Origin: Camelus dromedarius | Lineage: Eukaryota | Assembly (NCBI RefSeq): GCF_036321535.1 | Contig: NC_087439.1 | Span: 68,882,001-68,946,000, forward strand | Length of the DNA: 64,000 nucleotides | Reading direction: 5' to 3' | Shown here: one piece after another, positions 27,650-40,860 of the stretch | Numbering within the stretch: position 1 is the first letter of the stretch | How the letters are laid out: every line of letters starts with the position of its first letter | Translations under genes and position numbers: made by a program | Notes under the pieces: generated by a model | What the model was told of the DNA's origin: nothing | The model's input: the letters and a program-made list of their open reading frames with translations, nothing else | Databases searched by the model: none

Positions 27650-27830
27650 ATTTTTTGATTGTATATATTTTTACGGAAGTATAGTCAGTTTATAATGTGT
27701 CCATTTCTGGTGTACAGCATAATGCTTCAGTCATACATATATTCGTTTCATATTATTTTTCACCATAAGTTACAAGATATTGAATATAGTTCCCTGTGCT
27801 GTACAGTATAAACTTATTGCTTATCTATTT
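27650..27830 (-). mobile_element. Camelid/cetartiodactyl L1 3' UTR end, 5'-truncated
   Basis: Reverse complement reads aaatagataagcaataag..cagcacagggaactatattcaatatcttgtaacttatggtgaaaaa..gaatatatgtatgactgaagcattatgctgtacaccagaaat..aaactgactatacttc. It is homologous to the L1 at 63441-64000. Confidence 0.85.
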
Positions 27831-28644
27831 AAACAGTTATAACAAATCTACTCTCCATGAATCAGTTTAAAAAAAGGCATTATGATTTTTAAACAGCATC
27901 TGAATCATAGCCAAAAGATGTCCTATTATAAAGTAAAGATAAATAATCACCACCTTTGGTTTAAAAAAAAAAAAAGATCTGAACTACATATATGGAGACA
28001 ATTTGTCATATTTAGAGAAACTCCTTTTACAAGAGTGTAAATATGTAATTTGTGCAGTGAAAGCAAAAAAGGTGAGGCTGCCCCTGACCTCGGGAGAAGG
28101 TCCAATTCAGCACAACCACTCCCAATGTACAGTGGGTGGCTCATGAAAAAAAAACAAAAAATCCCCATGTAAATGTTGGTATTTTTGGAATGTCATTGTA
28201 AATAGTGATACGCTTAGGTTATAAAATACAAAACAATATACCTAACTTTTGTTGTAACTTTTTAGTCAAATTTCAATCATTTCTTGTAATCATCTAACCC
28301 ACGGAGACGTGCTGTTTTCCTATTCTAAGCATACTAGCAGTAAATGCCACACATGCCAACTGGTGTTCTAACAACTTATCTTAAATACTTTAAACAAGTT
28401 TTGTAAATGCTGCTCCAGAGAAATTTTTAAACATCAAGGCTGATATGAATATTCTCCTTAAATTATCTTTAAAAAATATTAAAGAAGATTGAGGACAGAC
28501 TTAAAATATTTCTGTTACCAGAAAAGTACAATTTATTCCTACTTTCTGTGCCAGACCCTAAGCAGGCTCCCAGTCAATGACAATACATTCTTCCTTCCCC
28601 ACCTTAATTTCAACAACAGATTTGTTATTTTTCTTTTTTATTTT

Positions 28645-28669
28645 TATTATTATTATTATTATTATTATT
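28645..28669 (+). repeat. (TAT)n trinucleotide microsatellite
   Basis: tattattattattattattattatt directly visible. Confidence 0.9.
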
Positions 28670-29143
28670 TAGTTATTTTTAAAAAACAAAACAAAATAAA
28701 ATCTTAGGTATAGACCACAGGAAGAAAATTTTTGGTCAGTAAATAGATTTGTAGACCAAGGGAGACAGCTGTTACTCACCTAAGGAAAAAGTGCCTAAAC
28801 TCACTGTGAAGATGTCTCCCAGGGCTAGACTCCAGCAAACAGGTCTCAGAGTGAGGTCTGTGAATCCCTGGGGGTCTCAAGGCCTTTCCAGGAAGTTTAC
28901 ACGGCCAAAGCCAAAAGGTTAATTACACATTTTATTTGTCCTTTCACAAATTCAAAGTAGTATTTCAAATCTTTTCAGAAGTATTTCTAAATGTTCAAAT
29001 ATATAAAACTATAATTTAGAATGTAACATTTGACTCTAAAATTTTTAAAAAGTATAATGTTTTTATATTTAAAGATAGATCATTGATTTAACAGGAGAGA
29101 TCAGATACTTCAATTGAGCTCATTAAGGTGGCTGTCACATATT

Positions 29144-29167
29144 AAACACACACACACACACACACAG
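29144..29167 (+). repeat. (AC)n microsatellite at the L1/Charlie1 junction
   Basis: Directly visible. Confidence 0.9.
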
Positions 29168-29174
29168 AGAAAAC

Positions 29175-29875
29175 AACAAACACTGGCATGGACGCGGAGA
29201 AATTGGGACCCTTGGGATTGCTTGTGGGAATCTCAANNNNNNNNNNNNNNNNNNNNNNNNNNNNNNNNNNNNNNNNNNNNNNNNNNNNNNNNNNNNNNNN
29301 NNNNNNNNNNNNNNNNNNNNNNNNNNNNNNNNNNNNNNNNNNNNNNNNNNNNNNNNNNNNNNNNNNNNNNNNNNNNNNNNNNNNNNNNNNNNNNNNNNNN
29401 NNNNNNNNNNNNNNNNNNNNNNNNNNNNNNNNNNNNNNNNNNNNNNNNNNNNNNNNNNNNNNNNNNNNNNNNNNNNNNNNNNNNNNNNNNNNNNNNNNNN
29501 NNNNNNNNNNNNNNNNNNNNNNNNNNNNNNNNNNNNNNNNNNNNNNNNNNNNNNNNNNNNNNNNNNNNNNNNNNNNNNNNNNNNNNNNNNNNNNNATGAT
29601 TTCACTGATGTGTAGTACCTAGAATAGTAAAATTCATGGTGACAGAAAGTAGAATGGTGATTATCAGGGACTCAGGAGAGGGGAAAATGGAGAGTTACTA
29701 TTTAATAGGTATGAAGTTTCAGGTTGAGAAGATGAAAATGTTCTGGAGATGGATGGTAGTGATGGATGCACAACAGTGTGAAAGTACTGAATGCCACAGA
29801 ACTGTACACTTAATGGTGAAAATGGTAAAGTTTGTTATATATTTTGCTACAATAAAAAAATTCAACATATAAAAG
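29175..29875 (+). mobile_element. L1MA/L1MB-type LINE-1 3' fragment nested in Charlie1 (spans an N-gap)
   Basis: ggacgcggagaaattgggacccttgggattgcttgtgggaat (ORF2 C-terminal DVEKLEP-like) and cctagaatagtaaaattcatggtgacagaaagtagaatggtg..gatggtagtgatggatgcacaacagtgtgaaagtactgaatgccacagaactgtacactt. Confidence 0.85.
29237..29595. other. Assembly gap (N-run) inside L1
   Basis: Run of N directly visible. Confidence 1.
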
Positions 29876-31502
29876 AGGAGAATTAGAAACTCTGCTTCCT
29901 CCACCCACCACAACTGGACTATCGACATGTAAGGATACTTTTCAAAAGATGAAACTGACAAACTAGAGGTCTCTGATTCATGGAAGGGAAAAATCTACCA
30001 AAAAAGGAGGAGGGTGTAAAACTGTAAATAGATAAAAACATGAAAATCATCTTTTCTTTGACTTTAATAGGTATTAGTAATTTACATTATTGTGTCTAAT
30101 GCAACAGAACACTTTCAAATAGTTAAGTCGTAGCATCATTTTGAAATGAATCACTAAGAATTTAAAGGAAAAGGAAGTGAGTATTTTAAAATGCAGGTAT
30201 GATGAGTACTTTAAAGCCAAACATTACAGCTTTTCTAACTAGAAATGAAAAAGCCACTGGAGCACCTTACAGGGGAAGCCACTGCATTGCATTAGCTGGA
30301 GAAGTGCATGCTAACAGACTAAGAAAGTCTTGTACAACTGAGATTGCAGAATGCCTGCTGGATGATAAATCAGTTTGAATAAAAAAAAAAAAAAGAGTAT
30401 GACAGTTCCACTTTCCAACGATACAAGAATTCCTCAAATGAAACATCGGGCTACAAATGTGGAGACTGAGTTAATATTCCATCTGCAGAACTTCACCTTT
30501 GCCTCACAAATGGATTAATCTACAGATGTAACTGAACTTGCTGTTTCTTCTGGATGAGATGGCTACTCGGTGCTGATACTGACTGGAGAATTTTTTTGTA
30601 TGTGAATGCTCGGCAATAAACAATGGCACTGAAATAGTCAACATGTTGAACACGTTTTTGGAATCTCATGGTTTACACTTGGAACAAGTATGTTGACACT
30701 TGGCATTCCTGGTGCAAAAGCAATGGTGGGTAAAATTGCTTAGTTAGAATCAAGGCAGTAAACTGCTAGAAATCACTGTATTCTTTGCTGTCACTCATTT
30801 GCATTTAAAAAAAGGATCAAGTTAACTTAAGAATGACCTTGATGAAACAACAAAAATTTCATTTTTGACCCTTGATTTCACATCTTTTTGACTCTTGTAA
30901 AGAAACAGAAAGTACACATAAAGCACTTCTGCACACTGATACACAATGGTCACCTCAGGGACAAGCACTCGTATGAGTGAGTGATCGAGTTGAACTGAAC
31001 TAACGGGTTTTGTCATGGAGTACTATTTTCATCTGAAAGAATGACTGACAGACAAACTGCGATTATTTACACTTGAGCTTTCGGCATTTTTCATGTCAAA
31101 AATGAATGATGTGAACCTCGGCACTTCATGAAAAACAAATGACAGTATTTGTTGCCAATGTTAAAGCAAAAATTAAAATTTTAGAAAACTGTATCCACCA
31201 CTGTCCGCTTGATAGTTTCCCAAGACTTACACCTTTCTGATGAAATTGATGGTAATATCAACGTATGTGGCTTTTGAAACTGTATAATGAAATGTTTCAA
31301 CATTTGGGAGATTTGTATAACTTGGTGAGCCAATGCTTTCCAAATGACCAATGTATGATGCTAGAATATGGCACATGGATAGAAGATCTATTCAAAGTAC
31401 AACATAAATGAGTGAATTACAATGTAACAGTATGAAAATTATGTTGGTATAATTTCAGAGTCCACGTTGCAACTCATCATTAAGAAATCAATCCTTATTG
31501 AT

Positions 31503-31952
31503 ATGTCATTCCCGTGATCTGTTAAGTAATAAAGAATCTGTCTTGCTAGCCAACATGCTTTAGAGATCCTCCTTGCTGGCTTGATAAGCAATCAGTCAGT
31601 CTGGGAAAGTCCACGTGGTATGGAACTGCTAGTGACCTCTGGAAAGTGACCTCTAGGAATTGGGAGTGGCCTCCAGCTAACAGCCTGTAAAAGGTCGGGC
31701 TATCAGTCCTACAGCTGCAAGGAATGAATTCTGCCCACAATCTGAGCGAGCTCAGAATTACATTCTTTTCAGTCGAGCCTCCTGAGAACACAGCCTGGCT
31801 GACATCTCCACTGTAACTGGTGAGGTTGTAAGAAGACGACTCTAGGTAACTGGTGCCAGAATCCTGACCCACAGAAACTACAGTGTAATAAATGTATGAG
31901 AAAAGAAGAAAGATAGAAACAAACCATCACTTGTTGGATTTGCACATAGCGC
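31503..31952 (+). mobile_element. MaLR solo LTR (MLT1F/G/H-like) nested in Charlie1
   Basis: ccttgctggcttgataag..ccacgtggtatggaactg..ccagctaacagcc..cagtcctacagctgcaaggaatgaattctgcc..cctgacccacagaaactac..aataaatg is the MLT1 3' half. The Charlie1 reading frame resumes after it. Confidence 0.8.
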
Positions 31953-32811
31953 ACCAAAAGCACACCTATAAGTATCTGAAAAAGCTTTTAAAATGCTCCT
32001 CCTTCCAACTACATATCTATGCGAGGTAGGGTTTTCTTCCTATATTTCAACCAAAATAACATACTGCAACAGTCTGAATAAGCAGGCAGGCACACTCGAC
32101 AATCCAGCTGCCTAACAAGCAAACATCAAAGAGAAGGAAAAATGTGCCACACTTCTCACTCAAGTTTTCTTTTGCTTGAAACGTACAGTTATTTTCATGA
32201 CAATAAGTGATCTCATTATGGGTTCATTATCCTAAATTATACATATTTTTTAACTTTTCATTTAATCTAATTTCTGATATGGTAAATAATAGATAGGTTT
32301 GATCCACATAAAAAAGCTCTTTCAGGTCCTTCAAACCCTAAGAGTAAACAGGGGTGTATACATGTCTCTCCAACTGGACTATGAAGCCCCAAGGAAAGGA
32401 CGGCACTGTAGGGCACAGGACAGGTGCTCAAAATCACTCTAATGTAATTACAGGCTGAACAGGAATTCAGTTCATACAAGCCACAAGGCTTCAGTCATGC
32501 CTGGTGAAGCCAGAGCACAAAGGACATGGGATGAGGCGAAACTTAGGACCAACGTGAGTCTCAACAAGGTCAGCTGAAGAGGCAGATAGAAATAAGGGCA
32601 CAGATATCAAAATGTCCAAGTGGAGATGGTAGTAGTAAGTGGTATCAAACCATAAGACCTTTACTTCTGAATAAAACCAGAAGCAAGTTATCTGGATCAT
32701 TTTGGAGCAAAAATTTATAAAATTGTGCATAGGACAATGGGGAATCAATAGAATTTTCTCAATATCTCTTATTGTAAAAGCAGAAAAAAATGCATTAAAC
32801 TGAATAGCAAT

Positions 32812-33225
32812 TGTTATGAGTTGAACTGTGCCCCCAAAAGTTATGTGGAAGTCCTAACCCTTGGTACCTGTGCATGTGACCTTATTTAGAAACAAGGGCT
32901 TTACAGACGTAATTCCATTAAGTAAGGTCTTTAGGGTGTGCCTTAATCTGATATGATTTGTGTTTTTATAAGAGGAGAGACTCAGAGGGAAGAGGGCGGC
33001 CACATAAAGATGGCAGCAGAGATGGGAGTTACACCGCCACAAACTAAGGAACATCTAGGTCCATCAGAAGCTGGAAGGGGGAAGGAAGCTCCTCTCCCAG
33101 GATGCATGAACCTGCCAACACTCTGATTTTGGACCTCTAGCCTTCAGAGCTGTGAAAAAATTTCTGCAGTTTAAAGTCACCCAGTTTGTGGCACTTTGTC
33201 CCTGCCATCCTAGGAGACTAACCCA
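32812..33225 (+). mobile_element. MaLR solo LTR (MLT1B/C-like), complete, 414 bp
   Basis: TG..CA termini (tgttatgagttgaactgtg .. ggagactaaccca) with a perfect 5-bp TSD GCAAT at 32807-32811 and 33226-33230. Confidence 0.92.
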
Positions 33226-34269
33226 GCAATGGGGTGAGGGGCTCTGGGCTACCCACGGTCACTTTTCCAAGCAGCCCTCCTCATCTACAGATAAAAGTGG
33301 AAGGAAAGGGAGAAAGATCTGAAACACAAATTTAGTAGCAGCGACCAAAAAAGAATTTTTTTTCTTTTTACTAGAGATTTTTGAACTGCAGTTTGGGGTT
33401 TTTCTTCAGGTTCTGGGAAAATGCCTCTGATCAGACACTGCTGTCAAAATTCAAACCCACTGAATCTCTATAAATGTGTCTATAAATACAGACAAGGATC
33501 ATTTATCCATCTTGCATTTCCTCAACTCTGCTACAAAAGGAAGTAATCCAGAACCTAATATTTGAAGTTACCAATACTATGACTATGTCATGATGAAAGA
33601 AATATGGGATGGCAAGTAAAAGTCTTTCAGTTTCTTCAGAAGTTTATCAAGCCACCTGAACTTCTGGGCCAAGGTGCCTCTGAGCTCACATGCTGGCCAC
33701 TCACTAGTGTCAAGATCTAAATCTTATCTATAGAAGGTACTTGGCCATATAATCTATAAAGTGTAATTTAAATCCTTGTGACGCATACTTGATTTTAGGA
33801 ATTTACCTTTAACCTCACAGTTTATCTCAATCCAAAAGGAAACAAAACAACAACAACAACAACAAAACCCAATGGGATCTTAAAGCTGTGGAGATTTCCA
33901 GCATCATCTGACCTGATGACCTATCCAACGTCCCCTAAATATCAGGTCGCCCCAGTGGCTTTCTAACTATAGACCCTAATCCATTAGTGGTCAGTGAAAT
34001 CAATTTACTATGTCCCAACTACTTTTTTTTTTAAAGAATAAAACAACAGAATAAAAAAATAAGAGGGCATCATTTATACTAAGGGTGAGTATCCTCCCGA
34101 AACTTCTTTCATTTATATATACATGCTGTGGAGACTGGGTCATAAAGGAAAACCTACTACTGTTGTGTTTATCAGTCCACGTCCTGGCAAGAAACAGAAG
34201 GTTCACTCAAATTAGGCACTTACGAGTTTAACAAAGAAACTATGTGTAAAGATTTGCACCAGGTTATGG

Positions 34270-34625
34270 TAAAACATTAAGGGACAGCGCTCCTAAGTGG
34301 TGAGGCCTTGCCACCAGCTGGTACCCAAAGGGCCTGGGAGGGAGTGGATGCCGATCCAGTGGAGAGAGGCACGCAGGGAGGACTGCCTGGGAAGTCCTTG
34401 AATAAGGGAGGGCTCCCAACCCACAGTGACCTGGCAGGAAGGGGGATGCCCCATCTCCATTCTCCTGCTGGGATCTCTCCGATGGTTAGGACCTCTCTCC
34501 ATGGGAGACTCCAGAGAACAACAGAGCCCACACTGCTCAGCCTACTAGGTCACAGAGGGGGCTGGAGAAAGGTCAGGAGATGGTCTGCAGAGGCAAACAG
34601 AGGGCTCCGGCCACTGCGACTCCAT
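34270..34625 (-). mobile_element. Probable ERVL LTR fragment (LTR41-like)
   Basis: ggtcacagagggggctggagaaaggtcaggagatggtctgcagaggcaaacagag resembles the reverse-complemented LTR41-type 5' end and the element at 57035-57497. Confidence 0.4.
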
Positions 34626-35279
34626 CACAAAAGTCTGAAAGAACTAACATAGTTCATACCTTCATCAACTTAGTCTGACCACTTTTATTTCTGTATGCCA
34701 CATTTTTTCCACATCTGCCCTCAATCCCAGTCTTGAATCAAGGCTCTAACCCAAAGCCAAAAATCTGATGCAAAAGACTGGCACCTTTACAAACTCATGA
34801 TTTATGATCTTGGCCAAGCCCTCACACACTCCCCGACAACCCTTGCATCCGCCTTTAGTCTCCCACCTCTCCTGCCGCCTCTCCCCACCCCGACCTCTGG
34901 GGCTCCATCCCATTTGTCTCTGGGCCCCCAGGCTTCAACACCCGGAGCACAGGTAAAGTCACTGAGACGCCTACTGAACAGGATCTCAGGCTGCTCCGTC
35001 TCCCTCACTTCCACCCACGCTTCTCTTGCCATCAAGGGTAAACTCCCAAGACTGGTTTCTTTGCCCCTGAAGTCTCTAAGCCCATTTCCTCTCCTGCTTC
35101 AATGTTTCTGGCCCCCCACTCCCACAGCCAGCACGGGGACCAGTCCTCCTCCAGTTTCAGCTCCCTCTGTCTCCATCCGCCAGGGCGATGGACAGAAAAA
35201 AGCCCATCAAACAACATCGCCACCCACCCTGCCCAGAGCACGCGGGAGACCCCTCAAGCTCTTCAGACAGTCACAGCAA

Positions 35280-35745
35280 AGGCCCCCAGGCTAGGATCCC
35301 GCCTCCTCCCTACAGCCTCATTCCTACTGTTCCCTCCCACCATAGCCCCTGGGAAACTGTCCACAATGCTCTTCTCTTCCCCACCCCCCGAAAACACTTG
35401 TCTATCTTCAATGGGAGGCAGGCTGCTCCTCTCCCACCCTCCCGCCCCCACCGCAGCCCTCCCTACCCTTATGGCCCTGGCAAATGTCTATTCTTTCTTC
35501 TAAACCCTGTCCAGGTATAACTCCCAGTGACACCTGCACGGCTTCCCCATCTCTCCCTGCTCCACAGTCAAAGTCAACCACTGCCTCTGTCCACCACTCC
35601 GGGGCCCGGCTACCACACTGTGCTTATGGACATTGCTTTCTCTGCCCTGCTAGTCTACAGCCTGATGAGGGCAGCGACCATGCCTTGTTTTATACTCTAC
35701 CCCCAGCACAAAACACAGTGCTTGACCCAGCGTCACTCTGTAAAT
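35280..35745 (+). mobile_element. L2 fragment
   Basis: Pyrimidine-rich, ending ctagtctacagcctgatgagggcagcgaccatgccttgttttatactctacccccagcacaaaacacagtgcttgacc. Confidence 0.6.
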
Positions 35746-36954
35746 CCTCTCTCATGTGATTGAAGTGACATTTGGGTTGTTAGATTGTTATAAGCCACCC
35801 AGCAAAGCGACTAGGGCCTCACTGAATGCACAACATACTTTTTCATGTGATGCAGATGGGGTTAAGACATGGCAGTTATTTCCCATCATTCTTAAGTCAG
35901 GTATCCCACTCTCTCTCTGCATCCCTTCCCCAGGACAGGCCACCTGCGTATAAACAGGAAGGAGTGCATTTTATGTCTACACATCCCTTGTCAGATGCCC
36001 ATCTTTGCTTAGAGATCACTCTTTCGAGGGTTCATGTCTCTATAAAGAAAGAATAGTGGCAAGACTCACTCTGAATCTTGCTATAGTATATTACTGGAAC
36101 TCCCATAAATTCTTAATTTCTGCCTCAAATGAAGCTATGAAATGGGTCTGATCATTTCTCCTGTCAGTGTGGCTCTCTAGTCTTGCTGACAGTGGCTTAG
36201 CCAAGAACTGCAGACATCTCTTCCGTTATCTGCCTCCATCCCCCAGTGGACACCACTAGCTCTTCCTCCAGGGCCCAGGACCACCTGCTGAGTTTAACAG
36301 CTTCACCTTGAGGAGGAGGACAGAAACGGTACAGGGCATATTTATCTGGATGATACTTGGCAGCATCTGATAGAGACTAAATTGAGAGTGAAACCTTTTT
36401 AACAGTCCCGTCCTTCGTATCCTGCAATTCCATCTCATTGCAACCCAAAGAGAGAGAGTCCAGCAATCAGAAGAGTGGTGGAGCCCAGAGACGGACGCAG
36501 GCCTAATTTGGCAGTCCTGCAATGCAGATACAGTGCCTTTCAAAAATAAGGAATTCACACAAATTGAGACAGTCTGGAATCATTTTTAAAATCAACATGG
36601 AATTCAGAAACAGGACACATTTGAAAAATCAAACATTGTTCAAATACGAAACAAAAACATTACAATGTTCTCTCACTGAAAATCCGGAACTACAGAGCAG
36701 TCTCCAAAATCTGAGAAGTGAATCAACCCGTCAGAGTTTGGCGCTGTTATTTAAGACAATCAGTGTGGCAGGTATAAAGGACCAGTAAACTACTGCCCAG
36801 AGCAAACGCGGATATGATGAGGTATTTGAAGACAATCGAGAGAGATGCTGCATTGAGACTTTCTAAAACTATACCACATACAAAGATTCAAACTTATACA
36901 ACATTGTGTAGAATTCAAGGTCATTCTCATTTTTATGAAAGAAAGTGATGTGAA

Positions 36955-38400
36955 ATTGGATATAATTTAACAAGCATTTATGGCATATATACTGTATGTC
37001 AGGTACTGTGCTAAAAACAGGGATAGGAAAATAACTTAAGACTCGTCTTTGCTCTTGAATAGTTCACAGTATAGTAGGGGAGACAAAATGACTGCACTGC
37101 GTGCTAGAGCCTGGCTAGGAGCTCTCCTATATCCAAGTGGACTACTTTCCTGGGCCCACTGCGTCTAGACACTGCACATGGCCAGTCTCACCAGTGGAAT
37201 GCTGGCAGAAGTGACATCTGCCACGTCCAGTCCAGGCCCCAAGTCTCCGGTGGCATCCTCCACACACGCATTGTTCATCAGCTAGCACAGAGCAGAGGAT
37301 CTGCAGAAAACTCCAAAGCCAAAGGGAACAGTGGCCAGGGGGTTGTGTGGGTCAAAGCCCCGACCTCCCACCCAGAAGAGAAGTCTCCGCTGTCATAAGC
37401 CAGTCATTCGGGGGCTGTCTTTTAAGTTAGGAGACCCTGAATAACAGACAGCACAATGTAAGACATAGTTCTCAAAATGAAAGCACAGCATAGGGAGCTC
37501 TAGGAACCCAAGAATGAGGCCCCTAAGTGACAGTGAGGAGGAGAGGAAGGGAGGGAATTCCTAGAGAAGAGGCAACTGGAGACTCATCCCAAAAGATGAG
37601 CAGGATTTATCTGGGGTAGGGGAAAATGTGAACCCACACTACGTTGCATGTATGAGCTGAAAGGGTATAAAGGAATAAAGATACTGGACAGGTAAATAAA
37701 ATTTAGGTTCTTACCTAAAAGCAATGGAGAGCTATTTATTCCCAGCAGTACTCCAGACATGATCAGATTTGCAGCTGTAAGGTGTTCAATGGAGAATAGG
37801 TTGGAGGAGTTGGGAGCTAGTAAAGGCAGGAAGGTGGGTTAAGGGTCTGCTGCAATTCCTCACAGCAGAAATGAGAAACACGTGATCTGGGGTGAAAAGG
37901 AGGAAGCAGATCTAAGAAATATCACTTGGATACATTAAAGGAACTTTCTGACCAAGTAGACAGGTGGTGGAACATGGAGGAGGAGAGGTCATCAAGGAAT
38001 GAGGCTGCAGGAGCATGGAGACAAGCAGATGTGCACAGACCAGGCTGGGCTCCAACTCTATGTGGGACACCAAGGTGGTGAAATCCAGAGGCCAGTGGAT
38101 ATTCGAGTCTATACCAAGTTCAGGGCTAGAGGTTTGAGGGTAGCTGAAGCCATGGAATGGATGAGACCCCATTAGGAGAAAGGCCAGAACCCTGAGGCTC
38201 CAGCAAACAAAGAAATAGCACCTGCAAAGACACAGAAGAGAGAGACATGTTTAAAAGTCCTGGAAAGCTCATGGGTAGAGAGAGTTTTAAAAGGTGGTAT
38301 AACATTAAAAATAAGGACAGAAAAGTAACCATGGCTTTTAGCTGTAAGGTCTGGATAATCTTGTTGAGAGCATTTTAACTGGAGAATAATAACTTACATT
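36955..38400 (-). mobile_element. L2 fragments (discontinuous)
   Basis: ttaacaagcatttatggcatatatactgtatgtcaggtactgtgctaa (3' end) and purine-rich body with agctgaagccatggaatggatgagacc. Confidence 0.65.
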
Positions 38401-39540
38401 CATCTATTGGGAAAGTAATAATGAAGACTAGAGCATAATGATTCCTTCCAGAGAGAAAGAGGTGTCCTCAGCTCCAACTGATGGTTGCTAGGTGGGAAAG
38501 TAAAGTCCAGCATTATCAAGGTTTCTGAGTCTTTTTTCCTGAAAGAAGACAGAAGTCTGGATTTTTGCATGAAATCTCAAAATATTTAAACATGGCAACT
38601 AAGTCAAAATATAACACTGAGCAGAACTGAAAAAACACGTCTGTGGGTCATAGCAGGCCACACAAGCTCTGCATTTGCAAACTTAGAGGCTGCTCGTGCA
38701 AGTCAAGCAGCAGAACCAAAGCCAAGTCAGAAGCATGCTCCTCACTGACGGAGCGTCGGTCCTGTCTGCACGCCGGGAGGAGCAGCTAGTCCGCGCATCC
38801 AGAGAGGAGACGACTGAATAGGAAATTAAGCACGCGAGTCAGTCAGTGCCCAGTAAACTGAAAAGCATTTTGGGAATCCAGTGTGGTCCTAGTTTACGAA
38901 TACAGGAACCTTAAAATCTGGGAACGAGACATTAAAAGCTGAAAAATTCAGGCATTCAAGAGTTCCAGCCTCCCCCTCCAGGCCAGTCCCATAGAATATC
39001 ACACCAGATTCTTGTTACTGCACGAGTTCTTAGATTAAACTCACAATCAGGGAATGGAGTTGTTGCTCTGATTTTGTTTCAATCTGGGAAGCTGGTCTCA
39101 ACATATCAAGCAAATTATTCAAAATATCTGAATATAGAAGAGATTCATTTTGAAAGTCAGTTAGATGTTTCTTGACGTAAAAAAAAAACTATCCTCATAC
39201 ATGGAGATCTGCAAGTCTTCTTAAAAATTCCATACCTACTCCCATGACCTCAATGGTCTTACCTGATTCATTTCAAATCCTGAACACACACAATATACTC
39301 TCCTTTATACTTTCATTACTAAACAAATCTTTCCCTTATTTACTTATATATAAAATGAGTCTTCAATTTAATAAATTACTTGAGCACCTGCTGTGAGAAT
39401 TCATTCAGGGTAGGAGTAGGAAGATAGTTGCTAATAGCAGGATGGTCTGGAGATGTCTAAGACATGGTACCTGCCATCAAAAGAGTTTAAAAATCAGACG
39501 AGTTCAGTGATACTAAAAGATCAGTGGTAGTAGACTAGTT

Positions 39541-39728
39541 TAGCAGTTCTCAACCCTGGCAGGGCACGTGGAACATCCAGAGTACTTTCTAAAATCCTTA
39601 TGCCCAGGTTCTGCTCCAAACCCACTGAATGAGAATCTTGGAGAAAGAGACTCAGGCATTCCTATTATTTAAAATGTTAAGTGTTAAAATTTGAGGTAAC
39701 TAATGATCAGCCAGGGTTGAGAGCCCTG
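39541..39728. mobile_element. MER5B-type hAT-Charlie MITE
   Basis: TIRs agcagttctcaaccctggc / gccagggttgagagccctg. Confidence 0.85.
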
Positions 39729-40639
39729 CAGGATACAACTCAATTACCCACTCACCTGCGACACATAATTCTGATGATAAATTAACTAATTACTCAATGA
39801 TCCCCACCTTGACTACTTAAGACAATCTCCTCTCCACTAACTACTTAACTAAATTGGATTTAGAGCCTCGGACAATGACAAACTACCAGGATCCAAAAAC
39901 AAGCAACCCTATAATTCTTGCCCCTTGGTCAATGAACCTCCCTAGTAGAGTTCATCCAATGACAGGGAGGGGGCAGGCCGCAGGAACCTCCAAGTCCCAG
40001 GTTTCAGGACAGGATCAAAAGCTCCCTTCCCCAAAGCTCCTTCCGTTTCTTCAGCATCTTACCTACTTCTGGCCTTATCTGATGCTGATTCAGCTGGTTC
40101 CCCACATTCCACAAATACCAGTTTTCTCTGTTTCTTCCCACTTGGAGGTGGCTCCTTCTCTGCTGCTGCCCCCAAAATCTAGAATGGCCTCCTTGGGCTT
40201 CACTTAGCCTTCAAACTGTAGAAACACCAGCCTCAATCTTGAAACTGGCCTTTCTCCCATCTAAATTATTCAGGGCCCCAAAAGAGACAGGCTTATTTTC
40301 ATTAATGTTCCCACTAAATTTGTTTATATGTCTCTACCTGGATAGCTCAGAGATCTTGCCTAATTTTTCAGTTTGTAAGTAGGCTGAAGAAGATATTTCG
40401 TACTTGATTTGCAAATCCTGCAAAATTTGTCACTGCAATTTGACTTCTCCCTATACCATGAAAGATAAAATCAAGAGGAATTTGTGGATGTTCCCATCCC
40501 TGTGCAAGATTAACCAGACTGCTGTCTTCAGGTTGATAGGCTATTGTAGCAGTTTGTAGATGGAGCTATCTTTTTAACACAAACTGTAAAAAAATAAGAT
40601 GGATAAATTCTAATGCATAAGGACCTACTAGGTTGCTAG

Positions 40640-40860
40640 TTGATGATGGAGAGTAAGGATCTGGAGACACAGTTCCTGGGTTCAAATCCCAATTCTACCA
40701 TGTACTAGTCACATTTTTGTGTTTCTTTTTCCCATATCTGTAAAATGAAGATATTAGTACCCACTTCATGGAGTAAGTCATTTAATACATATGTAACGCT
40801 CCTACAACAGTGCCTGCACTGAGTAAGCACAATTCATGTTGGTGGTCGTGTTATTACTAC
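40640..40860 (+). mobile_element. MIR SINE
   Basis: cctgggttcaaatcccaattctaccatgtactag..ccatatctgtaaaatgaagatattagtacccacttcatgg..acagtgcctgcactgagtaagcac. Confidence 0.85.

Larger units (their letters stand above)
28833..32365 (+). mobile_element. Near full-length fossil Charlie1 (hAT) DNA transposon with degenerate transposase, interrupted by L1 and MLT1 insertions
   Basis: 5' end resembles Charlie1/MER33 (tctcagagtgaggtctgtgaatccctgggggtctc). Hand translation gives colinear hAT-Charlie motifs: LQNFTFASQMD*STDVTELAV (30483 on), GAKAMVGK (~30712), HCILCCH (~30775), LLHTDTQW (~30926), PTTYLCEVGFSSY (~32005). 3' end ccacataaaaaagctcttt..taagagtaaacagggg. Confidence 0.85.

Noticed and set aside
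29990-32150. Possibility that the Charlie transposase is a domesticated, functional gene
   Set aside because: Multiple in-frame stops (including next to the first catalytic Asp), frameshifts and a nested LTR. No long ORF in the track.
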